Below, piece after piece: positions 17,091 through 25,369 of a stretch of 64,000 nucleotides of DNA. This DNA is from Dehalococcoidia bacterium (lineage in GTDB: Bacteria; Chloroflexota; Dehalococcoidia; Lucifugimonadales; Australimonadaceae), in assembly GCA_965206315.1 (NCBI GenBank), contig OZ242210.1:2641619-2705618 (forward strand), given 5' to 3'. Below the pieces are notes generated by a model that ran no database searches, had not been told where the DNA came from, and saw only the letters and a list, made by a program, of their open reading frames with translations. The position numbers were made by a program, and so were the translations under genes. The first letter of the stretch is position 1, and each line of letters starts with the position of its first letter.

Positions 17091-17405
17091 ATGACCTCCG
17101 CTCCCCGCCGCAGAGAACCGCGCCGTCCTTGTGTCTACATCCTCGCCAGCCGGCGCAACGGCACGCTCTACACCGGTGTCACCTCCAACCTGCCTCAGCG
17201 CATCTGGCAACACAAGCAAGGCCTCGGTGATGGCTTCACAAGGAGATACGGCATCCACTTGCTCGTGTGGTACGAGCAGCACGAGACGATGATGAGCGCC
17301 GTCGGTCGCGAGAAGGCGATCAAGGCCTGGAAGCGAGGCTGGAAGATTGAACTCATCGAGACATCCAATCCGAAGTGGCGCGACCTCTACGAAGAAATAG
17401 GTTGA
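17091..17405 (+). CDS. GIY-YIG nuclease family protein (paralogue of 9663-9974)
   Basis: MTSAPRREPRRPCVYILASRRNGTLYTGVTSNLPQRIWQHK...REKAIKAWKRGWK. It is collinear with the first copy, and the few bases around the ATG are also shared. Confidence 0.85.
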   Translation: MTSAPRRREPRRPCVYILASRRNGTLYTGVTSNLPQRIWQHKQGLGDGFTRRYGIHLLVWYEQHETMMSAVGREKAIKAWKRGWKIELIETSNPKWRDLYEEIG

Positions 17406-17443
17406 CGCCTCCTCGCCCCTCCCGCCGTGTGACCTGACGGTCA

Positions 17444-17472
17444 CCTGGATTCCAGCTTTCGCTGGAATGACG
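17444..17472. repeat. family-A hairpin, right inverted repeat of GIY-YIG unit 2
   Basis: cctggattccagctttcgctggaatgacg is the reverse complement of 16995-17023 (29 of 29). Confidence 0.9.
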
Positions 17473-17564
17473 AAGCCCCGTGCCACCTGTTGATTCCTTG
17501 CCTCGTGTGCTAACGTGCACCCGTCAAGCGGCTGAACGGCAACGAAGCACAAGGAGGCCTTGTC

Positions 17565-18677
17565 ATGGCAGTCATCGATGCTGATGCCCACGTCGTCGAA
17601 ACGGAACGCACCTGGGACTTCATCCCGCCCTCCGACCAGAACTTGCGGCCCGTCATGATCACGAAGCCGGACGGCTCCGGCAAGGACGTCCGCTACTGGG
17701 AGATCGACGGGGTGATACGCGGCACGGTCCGCCAGCCCATCGGCAAGCGCGAGGAGTGGGACCCCACGAAGGTCTCGGCGGACATGGCTGCGTCGCAGGA
17801 ACGGTCCGGGCGCATGATGGCGACGCCGGACGCCTCCAAGCACATGGAGGACGTCGGCGCGAGACTGCGCCACATGGACGAACTCGGCATCGACTACCAG
17901 ATGCTCTACCCCACTATCTTCCTCCGGAAGCTCGCCGACCGTGACGAGACCCGCGTCGCTCTCGCGAAGGGCTACAACCGATGGCTCGCCGACATCTGGA
18001 CGCAGTCGGAGGCGCGCCTGCGCTGGGCCGCCGTGCTCCCGCTCTCCGTCATGGACGAATCGATCAAGGAGTTGCACTGGGCCGCCGAGCACGGCGCGAA
18101 CGGCGTCTTCATGCGCGGCGTCGAGGAGGAGGGCGTCCTGCAGGACGAGTACTTCTTCCCGCTCTACGAGGAGATGGCCAAACTGGACATGGCCGTCACC
18201 GTCCACATCGGCAACGGCAACCCGCTCATGGAGAGCCTGCTCAACCACGGCGCGGGCGGCTCGCCGTTCTCCTCCATGCGCATCTTCTCCGTCGCCGCCT
18301 GCCACTCGTGGATACTCGCGGGCATCCCGCAGCAGTTCCCCGGACTGCGCATCGCGTTCGTGGAGGCCGCCGCGCAGTGGGCGCCCTACGTCGTCAACGA
18401 CCTGCGCCGGCGCTTCCCCGGACGGCACGGCAGGCCCGCGCCCGACGACATCTTCGCCGAGAACCGCATCTGGGTGACGTGCCAGACCGACGACGACATC
18501 GGCTACCTGGTCGAGTACGCCGGCGAGGACAACCTGCTCATCGGCACCGACTACGGCCACACCGACCAGTCGTCCGAGATCGAGGCGATGCGCATCTTCC
18601 AGGAGCAGGGCACCGTCGCGCCGGACATCGTCAGCAAGATACTGGACGCCAACCCCCGCGCCGTCTACGGCTTCTAG
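17565..18677 (+). CDS. amidohydrolase-2 family protein
   Basis: 370-aa ORF with an AAGGAGG RBS, N-terminal VIDADAHV and C-terminal IGTDYGHTD motifs. Confidence 0.85.
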   Translation: MAVIDADAHVVETERTWDFIPPSDQNLRPVMITKPDGSGKDVRYWEIDGVIRGTVRQPIGKREEWDPTKVSADMAASQERSGRMMATPDASKHMEDVGARLRHMDELGIDYQMLYPTIFLRKLADRDETRVALAKGYNRWLADIWTQSEARLRWAAVLPLSVMDESIKELHWAAEHGANGVFMRGVEEEGVLQDEYFFPLYEEMAKLDMAVTVHIGNGNPLMESLLNHGAGGSPFSSMRIFSVAACHSWILAGIPQQFPGLRIAFVEAAAQWAPYVVNDLRRRFPGRHGRPAPDDIFAENRIWVTCQTDDDIGYLVEYAGEDNLLIGTDYGHTDQSSEIEAMRIFQEQGTVAPDIVSKILDANPRAVYGF

Positions 18678-18683
18678 CCTTGG

Positions 18684-18816
18684 TCCCCTCTCCCTCGAGG
18701 GGAGAGGGTTTAGGGTGAGGGTGAGCACTGTCCCCGTCGTTCCTGCGCAGGCAGGGACCTCGCAGTTCCCCTCGCCCTCTGGGAGAGGGCAACGCGCTTC
18801 AGCGCGTGGGTGAGGG
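18684..18816. repeat. intergenic repeat cluster (B-like, A', B)
   Basis: The cluster contains cccctctccctcgaggggagagggtttagggtgagggtgag, gtcgttcctgcgcaggcagggacc and cctcgccctctgggagagggcaacgcgcttcagcgcgtgggtgagggc. Confidence 0.9.
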
Positions 18817-19794
18817 CTAGCCCCCCGGCTCCAGGATCACCTTGCCGGTGACCGCGTTCGCGGCGACGAGCCGGAACGCGTCTGCGGCCTGCGACAGCGG
18901 CATGATGCGGTCGATCAGGACGCGGTAGCGGCCCTCGGCGGCGCCACGCATCGCCTCGTCGACGAAGACGTCGCCCCGCGAGCCCGCGCCCAGCCCGCCG
19001 ATGATGCGCAGCCGGTTCCGGTAGAGGCGGCGCACGTCCAGCGGCAGGATGCCGTCCCCGGCGTGCGTCCCCACCGTCAGGAGACGCCCGCCGACCGCCA
19101 TGCTCTCGATCGCCTTCGGCCAGAGGAGTAGGTCGCCGAGGTTCTCGAACACGACGTCGACGCCCCGCCCGTCCGTGGCTGCGAGCACCCCTTCCACGAG
19201 GTCGCTCTGCCGGTAGTCGATGCCGTGGTCGGCGCCCATGCCCATCGCCGCCGCGACGCGCCCGGCGCTCCCGGCCCCCGCGACGACCGTGGCGCCCGCC
19301 TCCTTCGCCAGTTGGATGATGCACGTCGACAGCGCGCCCGCGGCCCCCATCACCAGGACGCTCTCGCCCGCCTGCAGCCCCGACTCGGCGACCATCGAGT
19401 AGGCCATGCCGAAGTGCCGCCGCACGACGGTCGCCGTCGGGAAGTCGACCGCGTCCGGCACGAGCGCCACCCGCGACTCACGGACGACGGCCAGCTCCGC
19501 ATAGCCGCCCAGCGTCGAGAGCTCGGTGATGGCCGCGACACGGTCGCCGGGCTTCACCGACGTGACGCCCTCACCCACGGCCTCGACGACCCCGGACGGG
19601 TCGACGCCCGGCGTGAAGGGCAGCGCCGGCGCCATGCCAGCTTCGCCCGCAACGAGGTGCACGTCGAGCGTCGTGTTGACCGATACGGCGTGCACGCGCA
19701 CCAGCACCTCGCCCTGACCTGGAACTGGGTCGGAGAGCTCCTCCAGCCGCAATTGCTCCGGCCCGCCGAACGCCCTGACGACGATCGCCTTCAT
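18817..19794 (-). CDS. zinc-type alcohol dehydrogenase / NADPH:quinone oxidoreductase family (MDR) protein
   Basis: MKAIVVRAFGGPEQLRLEE..., GVDPSGVVEAVGEGV, and the Rossmann motif VMGAAGALS. Confidence 0.85.
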   Translation of the reverse strand: MKAIVVRAFGGPEQLRLEELSDPVPGQGEVLVRVHAVSVNTTLDVHLVAGEAGMAPALPFTPGVDPSGVVEAVGEGVTSVKPGDRVAAITELSTLGGYAELAVVRESRVALVPDAVDFPTATVVRRHFGMAYSMVAESGLQAGESVLVMGAAGALSTCIIQLAKEAGATVVAGAGSAGRVAAAMGMGADHGIDYRQSDLVEGVLAATDGRGVDVVFENLGDLLLWPKAIESMAVGGRLLTVGTHAGDGILPLDVRRLYRNRLRIIGGLGAGSRGDVFVDEAMRGAAEGRYRVLIDRIMPLSQAADAFRLVAANAVTGKVILEPGG

Positions 19795-20109
19795 CTATCT
19801 CTCGTCGCCCCGGCCCGGCGACCCGTCGTCATCCGCGTCATGCCCGGCGTCCTCGTCGTCCAGGCGGTACGCATAGTTTCCGCCTCCGCCGCTGCTGGTC
19901 GGACGAAGGATGGACTCCCGGTTCCAACCCCAGGCCACCACGATGAGCGCGGGGACGACCACCAGCATGGCAGTCAGCGTGGAGCCGGTAATCGATTCCA
20001 TAGCCAGGTGTGCGATTCCGGCCATCACGGAGAGCGCCACCGCGTACGGGCACTTCCAGTAGAAGATCCTCCAGAGGACCCAGGCGGTAATGACGTGCAT
20101 CAGGAACAT
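19795..20109 (-). CDS. small hypothetical membrane protein
   Basis: 104-aa ORF packed between the amidohydrolase stop (20113) and the MDR gene start (19794). It has about three hydrophobic segments, an acidic tail and GC-rich third codon positions. Confidence 0.5.
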   Translation of the reverse strand: MFLMHVITAWVLWRIFYWKCPYAVALSVMAGIAHLAMESITGSTLTAMLVVVPALIVVAWGWNRESILRPTSSGGGGNYAYRLDDEDAGHDADDDGSPGRGDER

Positions 20110-20112
20110 GAG

Positions 20113-21216
20113 TTAGAACCCGTAGAAGCGGCTGGCGTTGCCTGCCAGCACGGCGCGCTTCTGGTCGTCGGTGAGCGCGGCGCTCTCTACGGTCTCGCGT
20201 ATCTCGTGCTGTGCGCCGGGCAGGTCGACCTCGTGCGGGTAGTCGGACGAGTAGGCGAACGGCTCGATGCCGACCCGCGAGGCGAGGTACGGCAGGCTCA
20301 CGTCGTTCCCCTCGCAGCCGATGAGGACGTTCCCGCTCGTGACGTACTCGTCAAAGGGACGCTTCGCCACCCTGCCGAAGAACTCGTCGTCGCGCACCGC
20401 GCGGTCGAGCACCGGCACGAGCCAGCCTGCCCCGCCTTCCAGGAACGCGAGCTTGAGGCCGGGGAACCGGTCGAGCACGCCGTGGTAGACCAGCCCCACG
20501 AGCGCGTACATGAGCGGGACGGGGTGATGCAGGATGTGCGAGCCGACGAAGTCGGTGAACGAGTCCAGCCCCAGGCCGTGATGCGACGCCCCGTGCAGCG
20601 CGAGCACGCAGCCGAGGTCCGCCGCCTCCTCGTAGACCGGCCACCAGAACTCGTGGGCGAGGTGCAGCGGCAGACCGGCAGCGGGGAGCATCGCGCCCGG
20701 CATCCCGAGGTCGCGCACGACGCGGCGCAGCTCCTCGACGGCGAGCGCCGGGCTGACCATCGGGATGAGCCCCATGGGGTGGATGCGCTCGTCCGCTCCA
20801 CGGTAGCGGTCGTGGACGTAGTCGTTGTAGACGCGGCAGAGGCGGTCGGCGTACTCGGGCGTGCGGATCATGCCGACGGCGAGCCCGCGCGTGGGGAAGA
20901 TGACCGTCCGCTCGATGCCGGTCTTGTCGAGCAGGGCCGACCAGTCCCCGGCGGAGCCGGTGCGCTCCTCGCTGGCCATCGTGCGCGGCCAGCTGAACCG
21001 CCCTCCCCAGCCCCTGGCGTAGTTGTGGATGCCGTCCAGCGAGGGGAACGGCCCGTCCTGTGTGATCATCCGCCCGGCGGTCGCCACCTTGACCATCTTG
21101 CTCGTGAGCGGCGCCCGGAGGGAGTCGTCGGCGTACTCGCCGAGCTCCTCGTTCGACTCCATGAGGTGGCCGTCGCAGTCGATCACTCGATAGGGCTGGT
21201 CGTTCATGGGGCACAT
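20113..21216 (-). CDS. amidohydrolase-2 family protein
   Basis: 367-aa ORF with VIDCDGHL and YSSDYPHE motifs. Confidence 0.85.
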   Translation of the reverse strand: MCPMNDQPYRVIDCDGHLMESNEELGEYADDSLRAPLTSKMVKVATAGRMITQDGPFPSLDGIHNYARGWGGRFSWPRTMASEERTGSAGDWSALLDKTGIERTVIFPTRGLAVGMIRTPEYADRLCRVYNDYVHDRYRGADERIHPMGLIPMVSPALAVEELRRVVRDLGMPGAMLPAAGLPLHLAHEFWWPVYEEAADLGCVLALHGASHHGLGLDSFTDFVGSHILHHPVPLMYALVGLVYHGVLDRFPGLKLAFLEGGAGWLVPVLDRAVRDDEFFGRVAKRPFDEYVTSGNVLIGCEGNDVSLPYLASRVGIEPFAYSSDYPHEVDLPGAQHEIRETVESAALTDDQKRAVLAGNASRFYGF

Positions 21217-21329
21217 GATAACCCCTCACCCCCGGCCCCTCTCCCAGAGGGCGAGGGGAGATAGGAATGGTGGTAGTTGTAGCCCCCGCCCGCATCCTGA
21301 TATACGCTGATGCGAACGGAGGACGCCCG

Positions 21330-21632
21330 ATGACGACGACCAACGCGCTGGACGACCGCTTCGACGAGGCCGAGCGGGGCCTGGAATGGCTGGAGAAGCT
21401 GGAGGCGCTGCAGGCGCGCTCCGCATCCGACCGCGCCGCCTACGAGGTCGCGGAGTACGTGATGCAGCTCCGCGCAGCCGTGACCGCCCTTGCCGGAGAG
21501 CGCACCGCTTCCGAACTCGCCGGGGCAGTCGGGCCGGAGACGGCGGAACTCGTCGAGGAGCTGCGCCAGGCCGGCGGCAAGGACTACTGGAACACGCGCG
21601 TCCTCCCCGCCCTGCTGAAGTCGGACCGCTGA
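21330..21632 (+). CDS. hypothetical helical protein
   Basis: ATG 21330 is preceded by GGAGGA at 6 nt; the track ORF starts earlier, inside a repeat. I recognise no family. Confidence 0.4.
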   Translation: MTTTNALDDRFDEAERGLEWLEKLEALQARSASDRAAYEVAEYVMQLRAAVTALAGERTASELAGAVGPETAELVEELRQAGGKDYWNTRVLPALLKSDR

Positions 21633-21639
21633 GGGGACA

Positions 21640-21790
21640 ACCCTCACCCCCAGCCCCTCTCCCAGGGGGCGAGGGGAGTTTGTCATTTCGAGCGCAGCCG
21701 AGGAATCTCTCAGGTGACGTCTCGCCCTCACTCACGTTCTCCCGAGAGGATGTTGCGCGCTGAAGCGCGGGACTCCGCCTGCGGCTCCGC
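21640..21790. repeat. intergenic repeat cluster (B-like, D, B-like)
   Basis: The cluster contains ccctcacccccagcccctctcccagggggcgaggggag, tttgtcatttcgagcgcagccgaggaatctctcagg and gttgcgcgctgaagcgcgggac. Confidence 0.85.
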
Positions 21791-21805
21791 TCAACATGAC
21801 AATCA

Positions 21806-23578
21806 TCACCACACCCCCAGCCGGTTCCGCGACGCGCTGTCGTCCTCGTCATCATCCTGGTCCAGAGGCGGCGGCTCCGCGTACGGCGGCGGGAGGTCAT
21901 AGCCGTAGGCCTCGATGTGCGGCCTCGGCGGGGGGTCGCGCAGGAAGGGCTCGGCGCCCGTCCAGATGCCGAACGACGGCGGAACGAGGAACGCGAGCGC
22001 GAGTGCGTCGGCCTTGTCCGGCGAGGGCATGCCGCGTTTGCGCATCTCCGGCTTGCCTTCCAGCCGGATCTGCCCCGAACTCGAGATGTCGTAGCGCAGC
22101 CCGAGCAGTTGACCGGCCAGCTCCTCGTCGCGCGGGATGGCGATCAGCCGGCGCTCCAGCAGCCTGCGCAACTCCCAGAAGATCTCCGATCGGCGGTTGA
22201 AGAAGCGCATCGGACGCTTGGCCGCGCCGCCGAAGTGGACGCCGTAGACCGGCGATCCAAGCTCACGAAGGCGGTCGACGACGCCCCCGCCGACGCCGCC
22301 CTCGTCGACGAAGATCGCCTCCGCGTTCCACTCCCGCACCGCGCGACGCACTTCGAACACGAGGCGCATCGTGTCCATGCGCTCGAACGAGCGCACCGAC
22401 AGCACACGCTGTCCCTGCCGCACGCAGATGGCCGACTTGTCGAAGCCGTACCGCGCCACGTCGACGCCGATGTAGACGGGCTCGTTGGGGTCGAAGAAGC
22501 CCTCACCCGCACTTCCAGTGCACCCTCTCCCGGGGGAGAGGTGACTATCGTCATTCCCGCCCTCACCGTCATTCCCGCGCAGGCGGGAATCTCGCAGCCC
22601 AGGGGAGGTAGGGGGCGAGGTTCCTGCCTCCGCAGGAACGACGGGTCCATCCCCACTCCCCGCCGGTACACCCTCACCCGCCGCACTGTCGTGCGCCGAC
22701 CTCTCCCCGAGGGAGAGGTGTGTTTGACTCCCCTCGCCCGCGGATGGTTGGCCTGTTTGGCCCCCCTCGCCTTGGACGGTGGACGTCTCCCACCGCTCCA
22801 TGGCGGACTCCACCGCCTCGCGGCCTACGAGCGAGTCGTCGAGTGCGTCGGGGAACCGGGCGAGGACGGACGCGGCGTAGAGCGGGTGGTCCTCGCCGTA
22901 GTCGAGCGCGTACTCCTCGGCGTACTCGGGCGTGATCATGCCGCGCCTGCCGCCGCCCTCGCCGGTGAAGTTGGGCGTGTCGAACGCGGAGATGGCGATG
23001 CGGTGGTAGAAGTTCCGCTTCGCGTGGTGCGAGGCGTAGAACTCGCCGTCGCGCGAGAGCGCGTTGCCGACCAGCAGGAGGCGCTCCGGCTGCAGCCGCT
23101 TGATGGCGTCGACGTGCGCCTGCGGCATGGCGTGCGCCTCGGTGACGACAACGAGCAGCTCCGCCGCGTGGAAGCCCTGGATGTTGAGCGCGTTGTTGGT
23201 CGAGAAGCCGAGCGCGAACCGCTGCTCGTCGATGCGGTACGCGTTCGTGAGCATCCGCCCGCTGAGCACGTCCGCGGCAGCCGCGTACGCCTCGCGCATC
23301 TCCCGCCACACGATCTCCTCGACCTGCCGCTGCGTCGGGCCGAGGGTGAGGGCCTTGCTCTCCGGGCGCGTCTCCAGCCACCAGAGCACGGCGCGGCCGG
23401 CAACCCAGTCCTTGCCGGAGCCGTTCGCCCCGACGACGCTGACGCGCCGGTTGTCGACGAGCGCTTCGAGCATCTCGGCCTGCTTCGAGTACGGCGTTCC
23501 GGTGCCGCCGAGCACGTCGGTCACGAACCCGACGGGGTCGTTCGCGTAGTGTGTAAAGTCCTCTGCCACGGCTACCAC
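21806..23578 (-). CDS. phage terminase large subunit (TerL)-like protein carrying an in-frame repeat-derived insert between the ATPase and nuclease domains
   Basis: Walker A-like VVGANGSGKDW and Walker B-like LLVVVTEAH. The RNaseH-like nuclease half shows YIGVDVARYGFDKSA, IFVDEGGVGGGVVDRL and SPDKADALALAF. GTG starts are possible at 23578 or 23569. About 95 codons (about 22500-22775) are built from A/B-type repeats. Confidence 0.8.
   Translation of the reverse strand: MVAVAEDFTHYANDPVGFVTDVLGGTGTPYSKQAEMLEALVDNRRVSVVGANGSGKDWVAGRAVLWWLETRPESKALTLGPTQRQVEEIVWREMREAYAAAADVLSGRMLTNAYRIDEQRFALGFSTNNALNIQGFHAAELLVVVTEAHAMPQAHVDAIKRLQPERLLLVGNALSRDGEFYASHHAKRNFYHRIAISAFDTPNFTGEGGGRRGMITPEYAEEYALDYGEDHPLYAASVLARFPDALDDSLVGREAVESAMERWETSTVQGEGGQTGQPSAGEGSQTHLSLGERSAHDSAAGEGVPAGSGDGPVVPAEAGTSPPTSPGLRDSRLRGNDGEGGNDDSHLSPGRGCTGSAGEGFFDPNEPVYIGVDVARYGFDKSAICVRQGQRVLSVRSFERMDTMRLVFEVRRAVREWNAEAIFVDEGGVGGGVVDRLRELGSPVYGVHFGGAAKRPMRFFNRRSEIFWELRRLLERRLIAIPRDEELAGQLLGLRYDISSSGQIRLEGKPEMRKRGMPSPDKADALALAFLVPPSFGIWTGAEPFLRDPPPRPHIEAYGYDLPPPYAEPPPLDQDDDEDDSASRNRLGVW
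22500..22775. repeat. block of at least four interspersed repeat units lying inside the TerL ORF
   Basis: The block contains cctcacccgcacttccagtgcaccctctcccgggggagaggtg, cgtcattcccgccctcaccgtcattcccgcgcaggcgggaatctcgc, gcgaggttcctgcctccgcaggaacgacggg and caccctcacccgccgcactgtcgtgcgccgacctctccccgagggagaggtg. The boundaries are approximate. Confidence 0.8.
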
Positions 23579-23675
23579 ACCTCTCTCACCCGATTAACGC
23601 CCCGTTCCCGCCCCTACCCGTCATTCCCGCGAAGGCGGGAATCCAGAGGGGGTGTGGTGGGGGGGGGGTTAACAT

Positions 23676-23708
23676 GAAAAGCCCCCTCGTGCTCTTCGCT
23701 GAGGGGGC
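23676..23708 (-). terminator. candidate intrinsic terminator between the PIN module and TerL
   Basis: Stem gccccctc/gagggggc (23681-23688 and 23701-23708) with a 12-nt loop, followed on the minus strand by TTTTC. Confidence 0.45.
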
Positions 23709-23938
23709 AGCGTTCTTCCTGCGGCTCGTCCGCAAGGGTCGATGTGCGCGTTCTCTATCGCGCCCTACCATCGTGCGGCAGGAGCGTCATACCGCGCAAG
23801 TGGCGCGTGTCACAGTGGCATCAACATCGATGGGCAGGATGGGGTGTTGTGTAGGGGCGTCCCTCGTGGGCACCCTTGTCCTGGGCAGCCATAAAGGATG
23901 CCCCTACATCAGGCAGCGCCCAAGCGTAGGCGCCAACC

Positions 23939-24361
23939 CTACTCTCTCACCAACTCGATGCGGTCTGCATAGCGGCGGAAGTCGGTGGTGTTGAACGTCA
24001 GCAGCCGACGCTCGCCGTGCGCCAGCATGGTCGCTACGATGTTGGCGTCGTGGACCTGCCGCCCTCCCATGGGGAATGCTCGGCAGAGTTCGAGCAGCGA
24101 CGCGGTCACCAGTGGGCCGTCTTCGAGCACATCGAAATCGGCTATCAACCGCTCGACATCGTCGACCGCTTCCTCTCGCGTGATGGCGCCAGGCCACGCC
24201 TGGGGCCGGGTGACCACAGAGAGATACTCACGCAGCACCTGACGGCTGATCCGCAGGGGTTCGGCGTTCTCCAAGGCACGCTCCAGCCGGCTCCTAGCGG
24301 CGTCGCAGTGTGGCGATTCGGAGAAGCGGGCGTAAACGAACACGTTGGTGTCTACGAACAT
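23939..24361 (-). CDS. vapC: PIN-domain toxin (VapC-like)
   Basis: MFVDTNVFVY... ...VHDANIVATMLAHG...LLTFNTTDF carries the PIN acidic residues. Confidence 0.85.
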   Translation of the reverse strand: MFVDTNVFVYARFSESPHCDAARSRLERALENAEPLRISRQVLREYLSVVTRPQAWPGAITREEAVDDVERLIADFDVLEDGPLVTASLLELCRAFPMGGRQVHDANIVATMLAHGERRLLTFNTTDFRRYADRIELVRE

Positions 24362-24368
24362 CGGGGGG

Positions 24369-24776
24369 TTAGACCCTGTCCTCGTACATGTCCTCCCGCC
24401 GGAGACTCAGGCCTTCAGGCCACCGCGCTGTGGGATGGACCGGCCATATCTCGTCAAGGCTGAGTCTGCGACCCGGCTCCGATCGCTCACGCTTCCTGAG
24501 CAGCAGGGTCTCGGCGTCCATGTTGACGTTCGCGGTTTCCCAGCCCGCCAGGGTCCACGCGAGCGATTGACTGTGGCCGTTGCCGTTGCTCTGGTTGCCC
24601 CACCAGGGGCGGTGCAGGCGTGCCGAGGCAGGCAGATCAAATCCCAACACCGACTCGATCTCACCGAAGGAAGTATTCCACTCCTGGGCAGAAAGGCTGC
24701 AGAGGTGCGCATACAGCTTTCGGTATTTGCCGCGTGCGGCCATCTCCCTGTATCGCTGTTCGCGAGCTATCGTCAT
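24369..24776 (-). CDS. candidate antitoxin: unrecognised N-terminal domain fused to a VapB-like C-terminal tail
   Basis: 135-aa ORF with a GGAGGGAGG RBS, ending 7 nt before the PIN start. The C-terminal LSLDEIWPVHPTARWPEGLSLRREDMYEDRV resembles PIN-binding antitoxin tails. The N-terminal half (KYRKLYAHLCSL...FGEIESVLGFDLPASARLHRPWWGN) is a separate module. Confidence 0.6.
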   Translation of the reverse strand: MTIAREQRYREMAARGKYRKLYAHLCSLSAQEWNTSFGEIESVLGFDLPASARLHRPWWGNQSNGNGHSQSLAWTLAGWETANVNMDAETLLLRKRERSEPGRRLSLDEIWPVHPTARWPEGLSLRREDMYEDRV

Positions 24777-24855
24777 CCGGACCTCCCTCCTCGCTCCAAT
24801 GCTACCCGTTTACCATATTAGTTAGTTAGTGTATCCGGCGCAAGGGCAATGCGGT

Positions 24856-25020
24856 TCACCCTCACCCGCTGCGCTACCGCGCCCCGACCTCTCCCAGAGG
24901 GCGAGGTGATCAGGTGGGCACCCACAAGGGGTGCCCCTACACCAGGCACCCCTCACCTATCTCGCCCCACCCCCGTGCCCTACGGGTACTCTGGATTCCC
25001 GCCTTCGCGAGAATGACGGA
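24856..25020. repeat. repeat cluster (B, C, A families); the composite recurs at 28061-28250
   Basis: The cluster contains caccctcacccgctgcgctaccgcgccccgacctctcccagagggcgaggtg, gggcacccacaaggggtgcccctaca and ctctggattcccgccttcgcgagaatgacgg. Confidence 0.9.
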
Positions 25021-25369
25021 GAGGGGGTTGGAAGAGGGGGCGGCGGGCGGGGCAGCGGCAGGTCTTGCCGAGGTTCAGGAGGTCGCCCTCGGCCCAGGCG
25101 TGGACAATGGCCAGGACGATGCGGGCAGGATCGGGGGTACGTCCGGTCTTCGCGCACTGGCGGAGGTAGGCGTCGACGGGGACGGGACTGAGGACGGGGA
25201 CGCTCACGGCTCCCGCGGCCTCAAAGAGGTCCGCGAGGTCGGGCGGGTACTCGCCGCGCTCGACGGCTTCGGCCCAGCGGTCGACGTAGTCGTCGGCGAT
25301 GGGTCTGAGCCTGGCCTGCGCCGCGAGGCAGCCGAGGTAGCGTTCCATGGCCCTGACGCTGCTTCTCAT
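24980..25369 (-). CDS. hypothetical protein, translationally coupled to the upstream HTH gene
   Basis: ATG 25369 overlaps the stop of the upstream gene (ATGA). The C terminus reads into the repeat cluster. I recognise no family. Confidence 0.4.
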   Translation of the reverse strand: MRSSVRAMERYLGCLAAQARLRPIADDYVDRWAEAVERGEYPPDLADLFEAAGAVSVPVLSPVPVDAYLRQCAKTGRTPDPARIVLAIVHAWAEGDLLNLGKTCRCPARRPLFQPPLRHSREGGNPEYP

